DNA from: Paraspadella gotoi
Taxonomy: Eukaryota > Animalia > Chaetognatha
Reading direction: 5' to 3'
DNA length: 64,000 nucleotides
Assembly (NCBI GenBank): GCA_051294375.1
Contig: CM119269.1
Coordinates: 13,052,790-13,116,789, forward strand
Below, piece by piece: positions 39,496 to 51,732 of this stretch (position 1 is the first letter of the stretch; each line of letters starts with the position of its first letter). The notes under the pieces are model-generated. The model saw only the letters and a program-made list of their open reading frames with translations. It did not search any database and was not told where the DNA came from. Made by a program: the position numbers and the translations under genes.

Positions 39496-40101
39496 TCACG
39501 ATATCGAGGTTAAATCGACGCAACTGTGAGTCCTTTTCATCACCGACGCCCGGCGCCCTTTCCGCGCGTCTCTCACCGGCGTCTCACGCTCCTCGGAACG
39601 CCGTCGTCGGTCCATCGGCGCCGGAACGAGCCCGCCGTTCCGTTCGTATCGCGACGCCGACTTTATAACGTTGCCAGTGCGAAATGACGCCGGCGAAACT
39701 AGCGTCTCCACTCGTCCGTTCGGCGACGTCACCGAGGCGACGGTGGCGACGCCGACGACGACGCTTTGCCTTCTCCATTCTTTGCTTCTACGGGCCGCGC
39801 CGTCGCCGCTGTTCCGGTTGGCGGCGCCGTTTTCGTCGTCGTCGTCGTCATCATCGACGGCGACCAACGTGAGCGTGGGTTCTACCTTCCCTCGATCCGG
39901 CGGCGTCTCGACGTCCCGGCACTTGGACCGGCACTTTCCAGCGCGCCAGAGAAAGTAGATGGCGACGAGGACGAAGGCGACGCCGCAAAAACCGACGACG
40001 AAGGCGACGTAGAGTCCCGGCGAAATCGGCGCCGACGAATCGTGGATCGTCGGCGTGAACTCGTAGTCGAAATCCTCAGAGGATTGGATCGGGCCAGCCA
40101 T
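39496..40101 (-). CDS. Orphan single-pass membrane protein (N-terminal TM, low-complexity cytoplasmic tail)
   Basis: ATG 40101, in an exon opened by an acceptor at ~40187. GC/CpG-rich like neighbouring exons. TM GLYVAFVVGFCGVAFVLVAIYFLW followed by RAGKCRSK, then a poly-Asp tract. No recognisable family. Confidence 0.6.
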   Translation of the reverse strand: MAGPIQSSEDFDYEFTPTIHDSSAPISPGLYVAFVVGFCGVAFVLVAIYFLWRAGKCRSKCRDVETPPDRGKVEPTLTLVAVDDDDDDDENGAANRNSGDGAARRSKEWRRQSVVVGVATVASVTSPNGRVETLVSPASFRTGNVIKSASRYERNGGLVPAPMDRRRRSEERETPVRDARKGRRASVMKRTHSCVDLTSIS

Positions 40102-40227
40102 TTTGTGGGGGGGGTTAGGTGGAATGAGGGTGGGAGGGAGAGAGTGACGGTGAGAGAGAGACACAGAGAGAGCGAGAGACTGATCCTGTAAAAAGAAGAT
40201 ATAATATTTGACAATGAAAATGTGACT

Positions 40228-40672
40228 AACAAGGTTGAGCAAACAATGTAAGCATCCAATCAGATGATAAGTTATATTTAATCGTATAAATATAATCTTT
40301 ATTATTTAAAACAATTTATTATAAATAATTATCATAAATATTTTTTCGAATTTAATTACCTCCATCTCAAAAGAAAAAAAATGAATCGTCTAACGTGATG
40401 TTTGTTTTTTCCATTTAATCACATTTCCAAAACCACAATTCTATCAAAACTTGATTTTCAACTCAATCACACACTTTTTTACCCACACACAAAATTTCAA
40501 AATCCACTCATGAGTAAATTACGTTCAAATCAAAGGGGGGACGGACAGATGGACAGACGGAAAAATAAACGGAGAAACAGACCAAAATTTATTATAATTT
40601 AATGATCTGATATGATCGACAGACCGACAATGTAGATTATATAGCGGAATCTTCTGTAAGCATATCCGGCTA
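40228..40672 (-). mobile_element. Short degenerate copy of the same HINE-like family as 8424-11480 (partial duplicate at ~44941-45280)
   Basis: aacaaggttgagcaaacaatgt end, one internal unit (tcacacacttttt.acccacacacaaaatttc), a ggacggacagatggacagacgg microsatellite and a decayed terminal hairpin. Confidence 0.6.
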
Positions 40673-42677
40673 GGGCGAGGTAAAAGAAGAAAGTGGGACT
40701 GAATGAAAAGGCCCTTCAAGCTTTTACACAAAGTTTTAGTTGCCTTTTTGGTCACATTGCAAAGTAAACTAGATAAACATACATAATTTGATATTTATTC
40801 ATCTCTGCCTAACTTTGGAGTATCATTTCGGTTTCATTGCGCCCCTACGTCAGCTTCATTTACGAGTCATTGATCTCCTTCATCGATGTAGGTGAATTTC
40901 AGTTGTTTACGTGTTATTTTTACGAGTGATGTATCGTCGACTCGTTTGTCACTGACGTCAAATCGAGTTTACTTTGAATCACATGGTCGATCACATCACA
41001 TCACATCACATCACATGGTGACTCGTCGAGAAAGTCATCATCAGCCTCAAGTAATTTCGTTTTTAAATTATTTAAGGGCAATTAGAAATGTTTATTATAT
41101 ATATATATTATCTTTTAATTTGCATATCCACAAATTTAAATGTATAAAACGTAAATTTTTAGACCGACTTAGAATTAAATTGTTATTATATTAATGATTT
41201 GTTCTTAAGTTTAAAAAAAAAAATCAAACGTTAATGACCTCACCTTTAGAAAAAATATTTTATTTGAGAGGTGAAAAATTTCGAGTTTCTCTTCTTCGTT
41301 TTTAAGGTGATGTTTTTTTTTTTTTTTTTTATTAATTTTTTAAATTAATTAGTTTCTGGAGTCCAAGGTGAATCTCGTCGGAATTTGTACACGCGGTTTG
41401 ATTTAAACCTTGAAAATTACTTTCTCCATGGATGATAGTGATTTTATTCTTGTTTTTTTGCACTGCGGTGAGAATATAGTGGAAGGCACTTCGGATTGAA
41501 AATTTTTGAAATTGAAGCTAATGTAAATATATCTATTTATATTTATGATTTTTGAAGATTTCGCCTTCTCCTTATGCGTGTGAAACATCGGAGAAATTCT
41601 TTTTTTAAATTTGAACCTTTAATTTTTTTTTGCGCCAGGACATGGCCTCATTTTTAAAAAAAATGTTCATATAGCTTATATTTTTGTTGCGTTGGTTTTT
41701 TTTTTATATTTTTCTTTGAGATACATCTTTTTACCGTCGGAATACACGAAAAGGCGACGTCCGTCTTGCAATTTCGTCGAGGAAAGGAAATGAGAGAATA
41801 AGGAAAACAAAGAATTATCGTAAAAAACAAGGATAAAAAGTCTCTCTCTCTCNNNNNNNNNNTCTCTCTCTTTTAATTTTTCTCTTGCTTTCTCTTCGTC
41901 CTTTCTCCTTCCTCTCTTTCCCTCCTTCTGGGTGGCCCCCCTTACCCCCCAAATTTTTGCGGTTACATGCGTCCATTGGTCTTTTAAAGTTTTGCGGCGT
42001 TTATTTCTTAAAAATAATAACCATTAATTATCTGGAAAAAGATTTTATTTCAGATCCAAAGCAATCTTCATTTAATAAATCCAAATAAGGACCCCAAAAA
42101 AGTAGAACCAATAAAAAATTTTAAAAAGAATTGTTTCAGAATTTTGCTCTTGAGCAGTACCATAAAACAACCATAAGAGAAAAAAATTTTAATTCCCTTT
42201 TATTTTTAAAAATATGCCTTAATCTTAATGCTTCTTCTTTGCACTTCCAAATCGGCTATTCTTGATTATGCTCCTTTTGTTTTTGTTTTTTTTTTTTTGC
42301 ACAAATTTTGAAAATTATAATTTTATAACTTTTTAATGACAGAAAGACCAAAATATATCTTATTGAGTCGCAATTAACCGCGTTAAAGAAAGACGCATCT
42401 TTGTCTCAAAATTTTATTTTTCTCGCCAAGTGGGAGGCGGGCCAAAGGCTCCCCCTGGGCCTTCGGGGCTCGAGCGATTGGCCTTTCGGGCGGCAAGGAT
42501 CGCCCCATGTGGCCGCCGGCTTGGCCTCTTTCGGCCTCAGCGACGCTCCGAAGGGTCGACGGCTTACAAAATATTTCTTCCCCTTTTTTCTTTTCACTAT
42601 CAGAAAATCATATTTTTGTTTTTACCAACATTTATATTTGGATTTCTCTTCTCTCTCTCTTCTCTCTCTCCTCTCTC

Positions 42678-42711
<34 letters not shown>

Positions 42712-44158
42712 CTCTCTCTCTCTCTCCTCATCTCTCATCATCTCCGTCAATCTCGCGAAGAGACTATCGTCAGCACTAAACAAAAATGACGGGAAAGTTT
42801 CCCAACTCAGGCAAATAGAGACGAGGATAAACGTGACGGGAGTGCGAGCTAGCGGGGTTGAGAGCGAGTGGTTGTGCGATCGAGCGTGGGTGCGAAATAT
42901 CGGGGGTGCCACCGTCGACGCGGAAACCCCCGTTGAGCTGATGACGCTGAGTAGAGAATCTCGATTCCATCAAAAAAAGACGCGAAAAGAGGCGGGAGAA
43001 ATATTGCGCCGTTCGAGTTTAAGGTTCATACTGTAGTTTAAAATTATAACAAGATTCTGTCGGTCAGAATTTTTATCTCTTTGTTATCGTTACATCTTTA
43101 CAGCACTTGAATCCGTCACGTTTATCATTAGTTCAGTTCCAGTAACTAACTAATAATAAGTAGTCTAATTTAATGTTTTATTTGGGTCTTTTCCTATCGG
43201 AATTCCTTTTCCTTTTCAATTGCGTTTGTTTTTTGTTTTTTTCCTTGAAATCCTCCTAAAAAGGAGGGAGGAACAAACTCTCAATGCCATGATCTTAGAG
43301 GCGACTTCTTTAGTCATCTTTAAGATATATAAACGTCTGAAAGATCATCTCTCAGCCATCGCCGTCGTCGTGTCTCAAAACTCGAAGCTTCTTTCCCTTC
43401 CTCCCATAAAACTTTTATGCCTTAAATGCCGACGTCATTTCCTCAGCGGCCGACGATGGCGGCGGCGGAGAAGGCGGCGGCGGAGGCGGCGGAGGAGGCG
43501 GCGGCGGAGGCGGCAAAGGCCGCTTTACCGATGAGGGAGGCGGCTTTTGAAGCAAGGGCGGCGCATTGGGGAAGAGAAAATGGGGCGTTTCAAAGTTAGT
43601 ATTGAATAGCTTCATCGTTCTACATAAATACAAATGTTTTCTGCTTCGTTAAATTTTTTTAGGCCTAAGTTAGGAAAAAGCTTCTGATACATAATATAAA
43701 TCGGCTGCTTTCTCGCATTTAAGATGCAAAAACCTTTACAGATTTCTAGGAATATTCTGGACTTTGATTGTTGAAAAATTATGATGACATCATTGACGCG
43801 TCACCTTCGGTCCTTTGACGATTTTACGGTCGGCGGTTAAGACGTCTGCTCGTTAACTGCGAAAACGAGCTCGTGTTGAGAGAGAATTCGAATTAAATTC
43901 GACTTCTAACCAGCTATATAGCTTACTAATGGCTGTTTGATATGCGACTTTCAATTTTAAAAAAATGATAACAATGAATGCAATTTACTATTTAGAAAAA
44001 AATTATTTTAAAAACGGGATTTAATAAGAATTCTTCACTTGTTTAATATTGACCACTTCATCGCCAGCCCTTGGAGAAAATTCTGGACACCGGTTTCCAG
44101 AGATTCCCTTCAAATGTTGCCGCGGAATTTTTTTGCCACGGAAATCCTTCTCGCCTCA

Positions 44159-44230
<72 letters not shown>

Positions 44231-44653
44231 TCTTCTCTCCTCTCTCTCTCCCCTCCGCCTCCGTCTTCTAATATTTGATTATTTCATTATTGATTCCCAA
44301 TCGCTTCCCTTTCATCTCTGCCTCTTCAGAAGAAGCCGAGTTAAACAAGCGAAAAGCCAAAACAGATGAACAGAAAGCCAAGGAAAATGGGAGGGAGTAT
44401 AAAGGGAGAATGAAACTAGAAATATTGAAGAAAAAAAAGAGAGAGAGAGATAGATCATTATTTTTTTTCTTATGATAATTCACTCTCTCTCTCCCTCTTG
44501 CGTTGGAGGAAATCCGATGATAAAATTCGAATTAGTTCTTAATTAAAGTCGTAATAAATATTGCGGACTCGATCTTTTAAAAGAAAAATATAATTTGATT
44601 TGAAACGACTTTGGAAGGCGGGACGAAGAGAGAGAAGAGAGAAGGAGAGAGGA

Positions 44654-44722
<69 letters not shown>

Positions 44723-44874
44723 AGAGGAGACATGACGTCACGGGATCGGTAACGGGTTTAGGGCGAAAATTCTGGGTTGTTTGATCATAATAAGTATCTT
44801 CATTACCGAAAAGGTTTAAAAACTGTGAATATTTAATCCTACTAGATTTAAATTTTAAGTTTAACTATTTTTTT
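40338..44874 (+). repeat. Copy A of ~4.55-kb near-identical tandem duplication (copy B = 44941-49541), separated by a 25-N gap
   Basis: Collinear from tatttttcgaatttaatt to aagtttaac.tattttt. Differences are scattered indels. Gap at 44875-44899. Confidence 0.93.
43457..43515. repeat. (GGC/GGA)n trinucleotide tract in a GC-rich island (duplicate at ~48098-48190)
   Basis: Directly visible. Produces spurious poly-Pro and poly-Arg ORFs. Confidence 0.8.
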
Positions 44875-44940
44875 NNNNNNNNNNNNNNNNNNNNNNNNNA
44901 AAAGACGCAGAGCATTTTAAATACACTTATACATCACAAC

Positions 44941-47338
44941 TATTTTTCGAATTTAATTTACCTCCATCTCAAAAGGAAAAAAAATGAATCGTCTAACGTG
45001 AGTTTGTTTTTTTTCCATTTAATCACATTTCCAAAACCACAATTCTATCACTTTGATTTTTCAACTCAATCACACACTTTTTTTACCCACACACAAAATT
45101 TCAAAATCCACTCCATGAGTAAATTACGTTCAAATCAAAGGGGGGACGGACAGATGGACAGACGGAAAATAAACGGAGACACAAGAACCAAAATTTATTA
45201 TAATTTATGATCTGATATGATCGACAGACCCGACAATGTAGATTATATAGCGGAATCTTCTGTAAGCATATACCGGCTAGGGCGAGGTAAAAGAAGAAAG
45301 TGGGACTGAATGAAAAGGCCCTTCAAGCTTTTACAACAAAGTTTTAGTTGCCTTTTTGGTCACATTGCAAAGTAAACTAGATAAAACATACCATAAATTT
45401 GATATTTATTCATCTCTGCCTAACTTTGGAGTATCATTTCGGTTTTCATTGCGCCCTACGTCAGCTTATTTACCGAGTCATTGATCTCTTCCATTCGATG
45501 TAGTGTGAATTTCAGTTGTTTACGTGTTTATTTTACGAGTGATGTAATCGTCGACTCGTTTGTTTTTACCACTGACGTCAAATCGAGTTTACTTTGAAAT
45601 CACATGGTTCGACATCACATCATCATCACATCACATGTGTACTCGGTCGAGAAAGTCATCATCAGCCTCAAGTAATTTCGGTTTTTTAAATTATATTAAG
45701 GGCATGCAAATTATATAATGTTTTATATATTATATCATTCTTTAATTTGCATATCCACAAATTTAAATGTTATAAACGTAATTTTGTAGACCGACTTAGA
45801 ATTAAATTGTTTATTATATTAATGATTTGTTCTTAAGTTTAAAAAAAAAATCAAACGTTAATGACCTCACCTTTAGAAAAATATTTTATTTGAGAGTGAA
45901 AAATTTCGAGTTTCTCTTCTCGTTTTTAAGGTGATTTTTTTTTTTTTTTTTATATTAATTTTTTTAAATTAATTAGTTTTTTGGAGTCCAAGGTGAATCT
46001 CGTCCGGAATTTGTACAGCGGGTTTGATTTAAACTTGAAAATTACTTTCTCCATGGATGATAGTGATTTTATTCTTGTTTTTTTTGCACTGCGGTGAGAA
46101 TATAGTGGAAGGCACTTCGGATTGAAAATTTTTGAAATTGAAGCAATGTAAATATATCTATTTATATTTATGATTTTTGAAGATTTCGCCTTCTCCTTAG
46201 TGCGGTGTGAAACATCGGAGAAAATTCTTTTTTTAAATTTGAACCTTTAATTTTTTTTTGCGGCCAGGACATGGCCTCATTTTTAAAAAAAATTGTTCAT
46301 ATAGCTTATAATTTTTGTTGCGTTGGTTTTTTTTTTTTATATTTTTCTTTGAGATACATCTTTTTTACCGGTCGGAATACACGAAAAGGGCGACGTCCGT
46401 CTTGCAATTTCGTCGAGGAAAGGAAATGAGAGAATAAGGAAAACAAATGAATTTATCGTAAAAACAAGGATAAAAGTCTCTCTCGTTCTCTCGTCCTCCT
46501 CTCTCCTCTTCTCTTTTAATTTTTCTCTTGCTTTCTCATCGTGCCTTTCTCCTTCCTCTCTTTCCCTCCTTCTGGGTGCCGCCCCTTACCCCCCAATTTT
46601 TGCGGTACATGCGTCCATTGTCTTTTAAAGTTTTGCGGCGTTTATTTCTTAAAATAATAACCATTAATTATTCTGGAAAAAGATTTTATTTCAGATCCAA
46701 AGCATATTCTTCATTTAATAAAATCCAAATAAGGACCCCAAAAGTAGAACCAATAAAAAAATTTTAAAAAAGAATTGTTTCAGAATTTTCTCTTGAGCAG
46801 TACCATAAAACAACCTAAGAAAATTAATTCCTTATTTAAAAAATATGCTAATCTTAATGCTTCTTCTTTGCACTTCCAAAATCGGCTATTCTTGAATTAT
46901 GCCTCCTTTTGTTTTTGTTTTTTTTTTTTTTGCACAAATTTTGAAAATTATAATTTATAACTTTTATGAAACAGAAAAGACCACAAATATATCTTATTGA
47001 AGTCGCAATTAACCGCGTTAAAGAAAGACGCATCTTTGTCTCAAAATTTTATTTTCTCCGCCAGTGGGAGGCGCGGCCAAAGGCTCCCCCTGGGCCTTCG
47101 GGGCTCGAGCGATTCGGCCTTTCGGGCGCGACGGATCGCCCATGTGCCGCCGGCTTGGCCTCTTTCGGCTCTCAGCGACGCTCCGAAGGGTCGACCTTCA
47201 AATTCTTTCTTCCCCTTTTTCTTTCACTATCACAGAAAATCATATTTTTGTTTTTGCCACATTTATATTTGGATGATCTTCTCTCTCTCTCTCGTCTCTC
47301 TCTCCTCCTCATTCTCTCTGCTCTCTCTCTCTCTTCTC

Positions 47339-47379
<41 letters not shown>

Positions 47380-49303
47380 AATCTCGGAAGGAGACTATCG
47401 TAAGCACTAACAAAATGACGAAGTTTGCCCAACGCAAAAAGAGACGAGGACTAACCGATGACGGGAGTGCGAGCTAGCGGGGTTGAGAGCGGAGTGGTTT
47501 GCGATCGAGCGTGGGTGCGAAATATCGGGGGTGCCACCGTCGACGCGGAAACCCCCGTTTGAGCTGATGCGCGTGAGTAGAGAAGTCTCGATTCCATCAA
47601 AAAAAAGACGCGAAAAGAGGCGGGAGAAATATTGCGCCGTTCGAGTTTAAGGTTCATACTGTAGTTTAAAATTATAACAAGATTCTGGTCGGGTCAGATT
47701 TTTATCTCTTTGTTATCGGTTACATCTTTACAGCATTTGAATCCGTCACGTTTATCATTAGTTCAGTTCCAGTATACTAACTAATAATAAGTAGTCTAAT
47801 TTAATGTTTTATTTGGGTCTTTTCTATCGGAATTCCTTTTTCCTTTTCAATTGCGTTTGTTTTTTGTTTTTTTCCTTGAAAATCCTCCTAAAAAGGAGGG
47901 AGGAACAAACTCTCAATGCCAATGATCTTAGAGGCGACTTCTTTAGTCATCTTTAAGATCATCTGATATATAAACGTCTGAAAGATCATCTCTCAGCCAT
48001 CCGCCGTCGTCGTGTCTCAAAACCTCGAAGCTTCTTTCCTTCCTCCCATAAACTTTTATGCCTTAAATGCCGACGTCATTTCCTCAGGCGGCCGACGATG
48101 GCGGCGGCGGAGAAGGGCCGGGCGGCGGCGCGGAGGCGGCGGGGGGCGGAGGCGGCGGCGAGGCGCCGGAGGCGGCGGCGGAGGCGGCAAGAGCGCTTTA
48201 ACCGATGAGGGAGGCGGCTTTTGAGGCAAGGAGCGAGCATTGGGGAAGAGAAAATGGGGGCGTTTCAAAGTTAGTATTGAATAGCTTCAATCGTTCTACA
48301 TAAATATCTAAATGTTTTCTGCTTCGTTAAATTTTTTTAGGCCTAAGTTAGGAAAAAGCTTCTCATACATAATATAAATCGGTGCTGCTTTCTCGCATTT
48401 AAGATGCAAAAACCTTTACAGATTTCTAGGAATATTCTGGACTTTGATTGTTGAAAAATTATGATGACATCATTGACGCGTCACCTTCGTCCTTTGACGA
48501 TTTTACAGGTCGGCGGTTAAGACGTCTGCTCGTAACTGCGAAAACGAGCTCGTGTTGAGAGAGAATTCGAATTAAATTCGACTTCTAACCAGCTATATAG
48601 CTTACTATGGCTGTTTGATATGCGACTTCATTAAAAAAAAATGATAACAATGAATGCAATTTACTATTTAGAAAAAAATTATTTTAAAAACGTGGATTTA
48701 TAAGATCTCTTCACTTTGTTTAATATTGACCACTTCATCGCGCAGCCCTTGGAGAAAAATTCTGGACACCGGTTTCCAGAGATTCCCTTCAAATGTTTTG
48801 CGCGGGAATTTTTTTGCACGAAATCGCTTCTCGCCCACTCTCTCTTCTGCTCTCTCTCTTTTCTCAACTCTCTCTCTCCTCTCTCGTCTCGGTCTCTCTC
48901 TCTCGTCTCTCTCTCTCCCTCTCGTCCCTCCGTCTCTCTAATATTGATTATTCATAATTGATTCCAAATCGCTTCCTTTCATCTCTGCCTCTTCAGAAGA
49001 AGCCGAGTTAAACAAGCGAAAAGCCAAAACAGATTGAACAGAAAGCCAAGGAAAAATGGGAGGGAGTATAAAGGGAGAATGAAACTAGAATATTGGAAGA
49101 AAAAAAAGAGGAGAGAGATAGATCATTATTTTTTTTCTTATGATAATTCACTCTCTCTCTTCCCTCTTGCGTTGGAGGAAATCCGATGATAAAATTCGAA
49201 TTAGTTCTTAATTAAAGTCGTAATAATATTTGCGGACTCGATCTTTAAAAAGAAAAAATATAATTTGATTTGAAACGACTTTGGAAGGCGGGACGAGAAG
49301 AGA

Positions 49304-49374
<71 letters not shown>

Positions 49375-49541
49375 AGAGAGAGAAGAGAGAGAAGGAGAAT
49401 GACGTCACGGGATCGTAACGGGTTTAGGAGCGAAAAATTCTGGTTGTTTGATCATATAAGTATCTTCATTCCGAAAAGGTTTAAAAACTGTGAATATTTA
49501 ATCCTACTAGATTTAAATTTTAAGTTTAACATATTTTTTTT
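44941..49541 (+). repeat. Copy B of the ~4.55-kb duplication
   Basis: Collinear with copy A at 40338-44874. Confidence 0.93.
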
Positions 49542-51197
49542 ATAATTACAGAGAGAGAGTCAGATCACGAATGAGACTGGATCAGTCAAAGGATAGTAGA
49601 AATGGCCACTACACTCTGATCTTCTGCTCCAAAAAAAAAAACGAAAAAAAGCGGGACTCGACAGCCAGAGCCTCGATCTCGGTAATTCCTGTCCGGTTCG
49701 TTTTCCAAAGAAAGCGTCCCGTTCAACTCGTAAAGCGGTATCGACCCAGAAAGAGTCTTTGAATCAAGATTTGAGGTCGGGCGGGAAGGCGACAAATGTG
49801 GCGCATTCCTAAAATTATTTCTTGGGCGAAAAAAAGGGAGACCGCGATAGAGTAACGCGGCGAGTACGTCTTGATTAATCTCGACTGTGATTACGGATTA
49901 ATTAAGTTCAGTTTTGGTGTTATGATATGTGTCACAGTGTTTTGTATATTCTGCCGTTATCATCGATTTTGGTAATTAAAAAAGATTATCTTCAGTATAT
50001 TACAACTTTTTTCGAATTTGTTTTTCAATAGGAAAGTGAAGTGTTAGCGAAGCCGTTGGGTATTTGAGGTTCTTTTAGTTGCGTCTCTTTGTTTAGTGAT
50101 CGGACTCGTCTACGGCGTCGTTGATGCAGACCAACTGATTTATTTTCACAGATGTGCATTTTTATCTTCACCCGATTTTCCGACTCTCGTCACCTTTCAC
50201 CTACCGCGTTGGATACTGATAATTTAGGGGTTTTTTTTCACCTCGGGATGTTCTTATCATTTTTTTTCTCTTTTCGGATCTTGACAATTAAGTTAGAAAT
50301 TACAAAATAAACATCAACGTTTTGTTAATATTTTCAATTCGTGTCCATTAATTTTTAAGAATAAAAAAATTTTAATCACGCAGGGAAGAAGCAAACTCTG
50401 CATCTTTGCAACCAGAATTTTAGCGTTGTACAAATAGGGAGGAAAACGTCATTTTTCTCGGCGTTTTATGTATTTGCGTTTTGACGTTTTCTTTCTGGGT
50501 AACGGTTCTTGTTTATTTTTCTTATTTCTTATTCAATAAAATAAGCAATGGAGAATAATAATAATTCAGAAATAATTCAGAACTATGTATAAATCTTTGT
50601 ATGGATACGTGGCTGATTAGATACGGACAATATGAACGAGAACTCTTCAAACTAACATAAATAACTAGAGAGGCCAAAAGTTAATTTAATTTTTTCCAGC
50701 CCCCTGTTAAAATATTTTTACAAATTACGCTAATAATAGAATAACAGTGATAGCGACAGTAATAATGATATTGTAACATATTGTATCATATAAAAGAATC
50801 ACAAGTTCTTTTTTAAACATCAGCATTTGAATAATCGCTCGCAGAGACATTTTTATTTTTTTTAATTTAGAATTTCGTGACATGATTTCGTGACGGATCT
50901 TAAAACGCGAATCACGGATATAAAAACATTAAAAGGCAGAAGAGCATTAAATTGATTTTTCACAAATAAAAGAAATAATATTATCATATTAATAATAATT
51001 AATTATTAATAAATATATTAATCTTATTGCAGTAAATGGTTTGAAACCCTATTTTATTACTAAATGCTATTCAGCAAACAATCATAGAAATAGAAACTCT
51101 ATTAACTAAATAAACTAGAATGTGAGAGAGTCATGATTGAAAGTTTGCTATATTATTATCGTGTAAGAGCCATTTTATATTGGTTGTATAATTTTCC

Positions 51198-51211
51198 TAA
51201 TAATGATGATG

Positions 51212-51269
<58 letters not shown>
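51198..51269. repeat. (AAT)n microsatellite
   Basis: Directly visible. Confidence 0.95.
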
Positions 51270-51543
51270 GATCAATATCATATGCTATCCCTGACAGACC
51301 CTATTCAATTTAAAATTAAAGAGAGATAAAAAAGAAATTGGAAAACAGTTTATCTCGACCTTCGATCCTGATAAAATTTAAAGGTCAATAGCTCCTAGAG
51401 AATGAGAGACTTTGATCTTAGTATTCGTTAACTCCAAACAATTTGGCCCTATTCTGCTTCGTTATCTCAGAACGGATGAACTTCGGAAACATTTTGGTAG
51501 CACTCGCCGCTAAAGTACAACGTTATCGACAAGGTTCGCCACC

Positions 51544-51597
51544 CTTGGACAGTGGACACACTTGGACACACTTGGACATACTTGGACACACTTGGAA
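51544..51597. repeat. 10-bp tandem repeat (cttggacaca), about 4-5 copies
   Basis: Directly visible upstream of the MCT start. Confidence 0.85.
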
Positions 51598-51732
51598 TGT
51601 TCGACGTCACAATGACGACAGTCTCGTCACCAAATGAAAAACCAAAACGTCAAAATAATACAATTTGAAAGAGAAGTGAAATATAAATAATAAAAACTTC
51701 CGTTTCAATTTCTCTCCATCTTTTGTTTCAGA

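Noticed and set aside
42938-42965. CTGATGA suggesting a hammerhead ribozyme
   Set aside because: No stem II followed by GAAA, and the motif is not retained in the duplicate copy.
42401-44780. ORFs with poly-SL/RE, poly-Pro and poly-Arg (also 8809-9172 and 37872-38279)
   Set aside because: These are translations of (CT)n, (GGC)n and (TTTC)n microsatellites.
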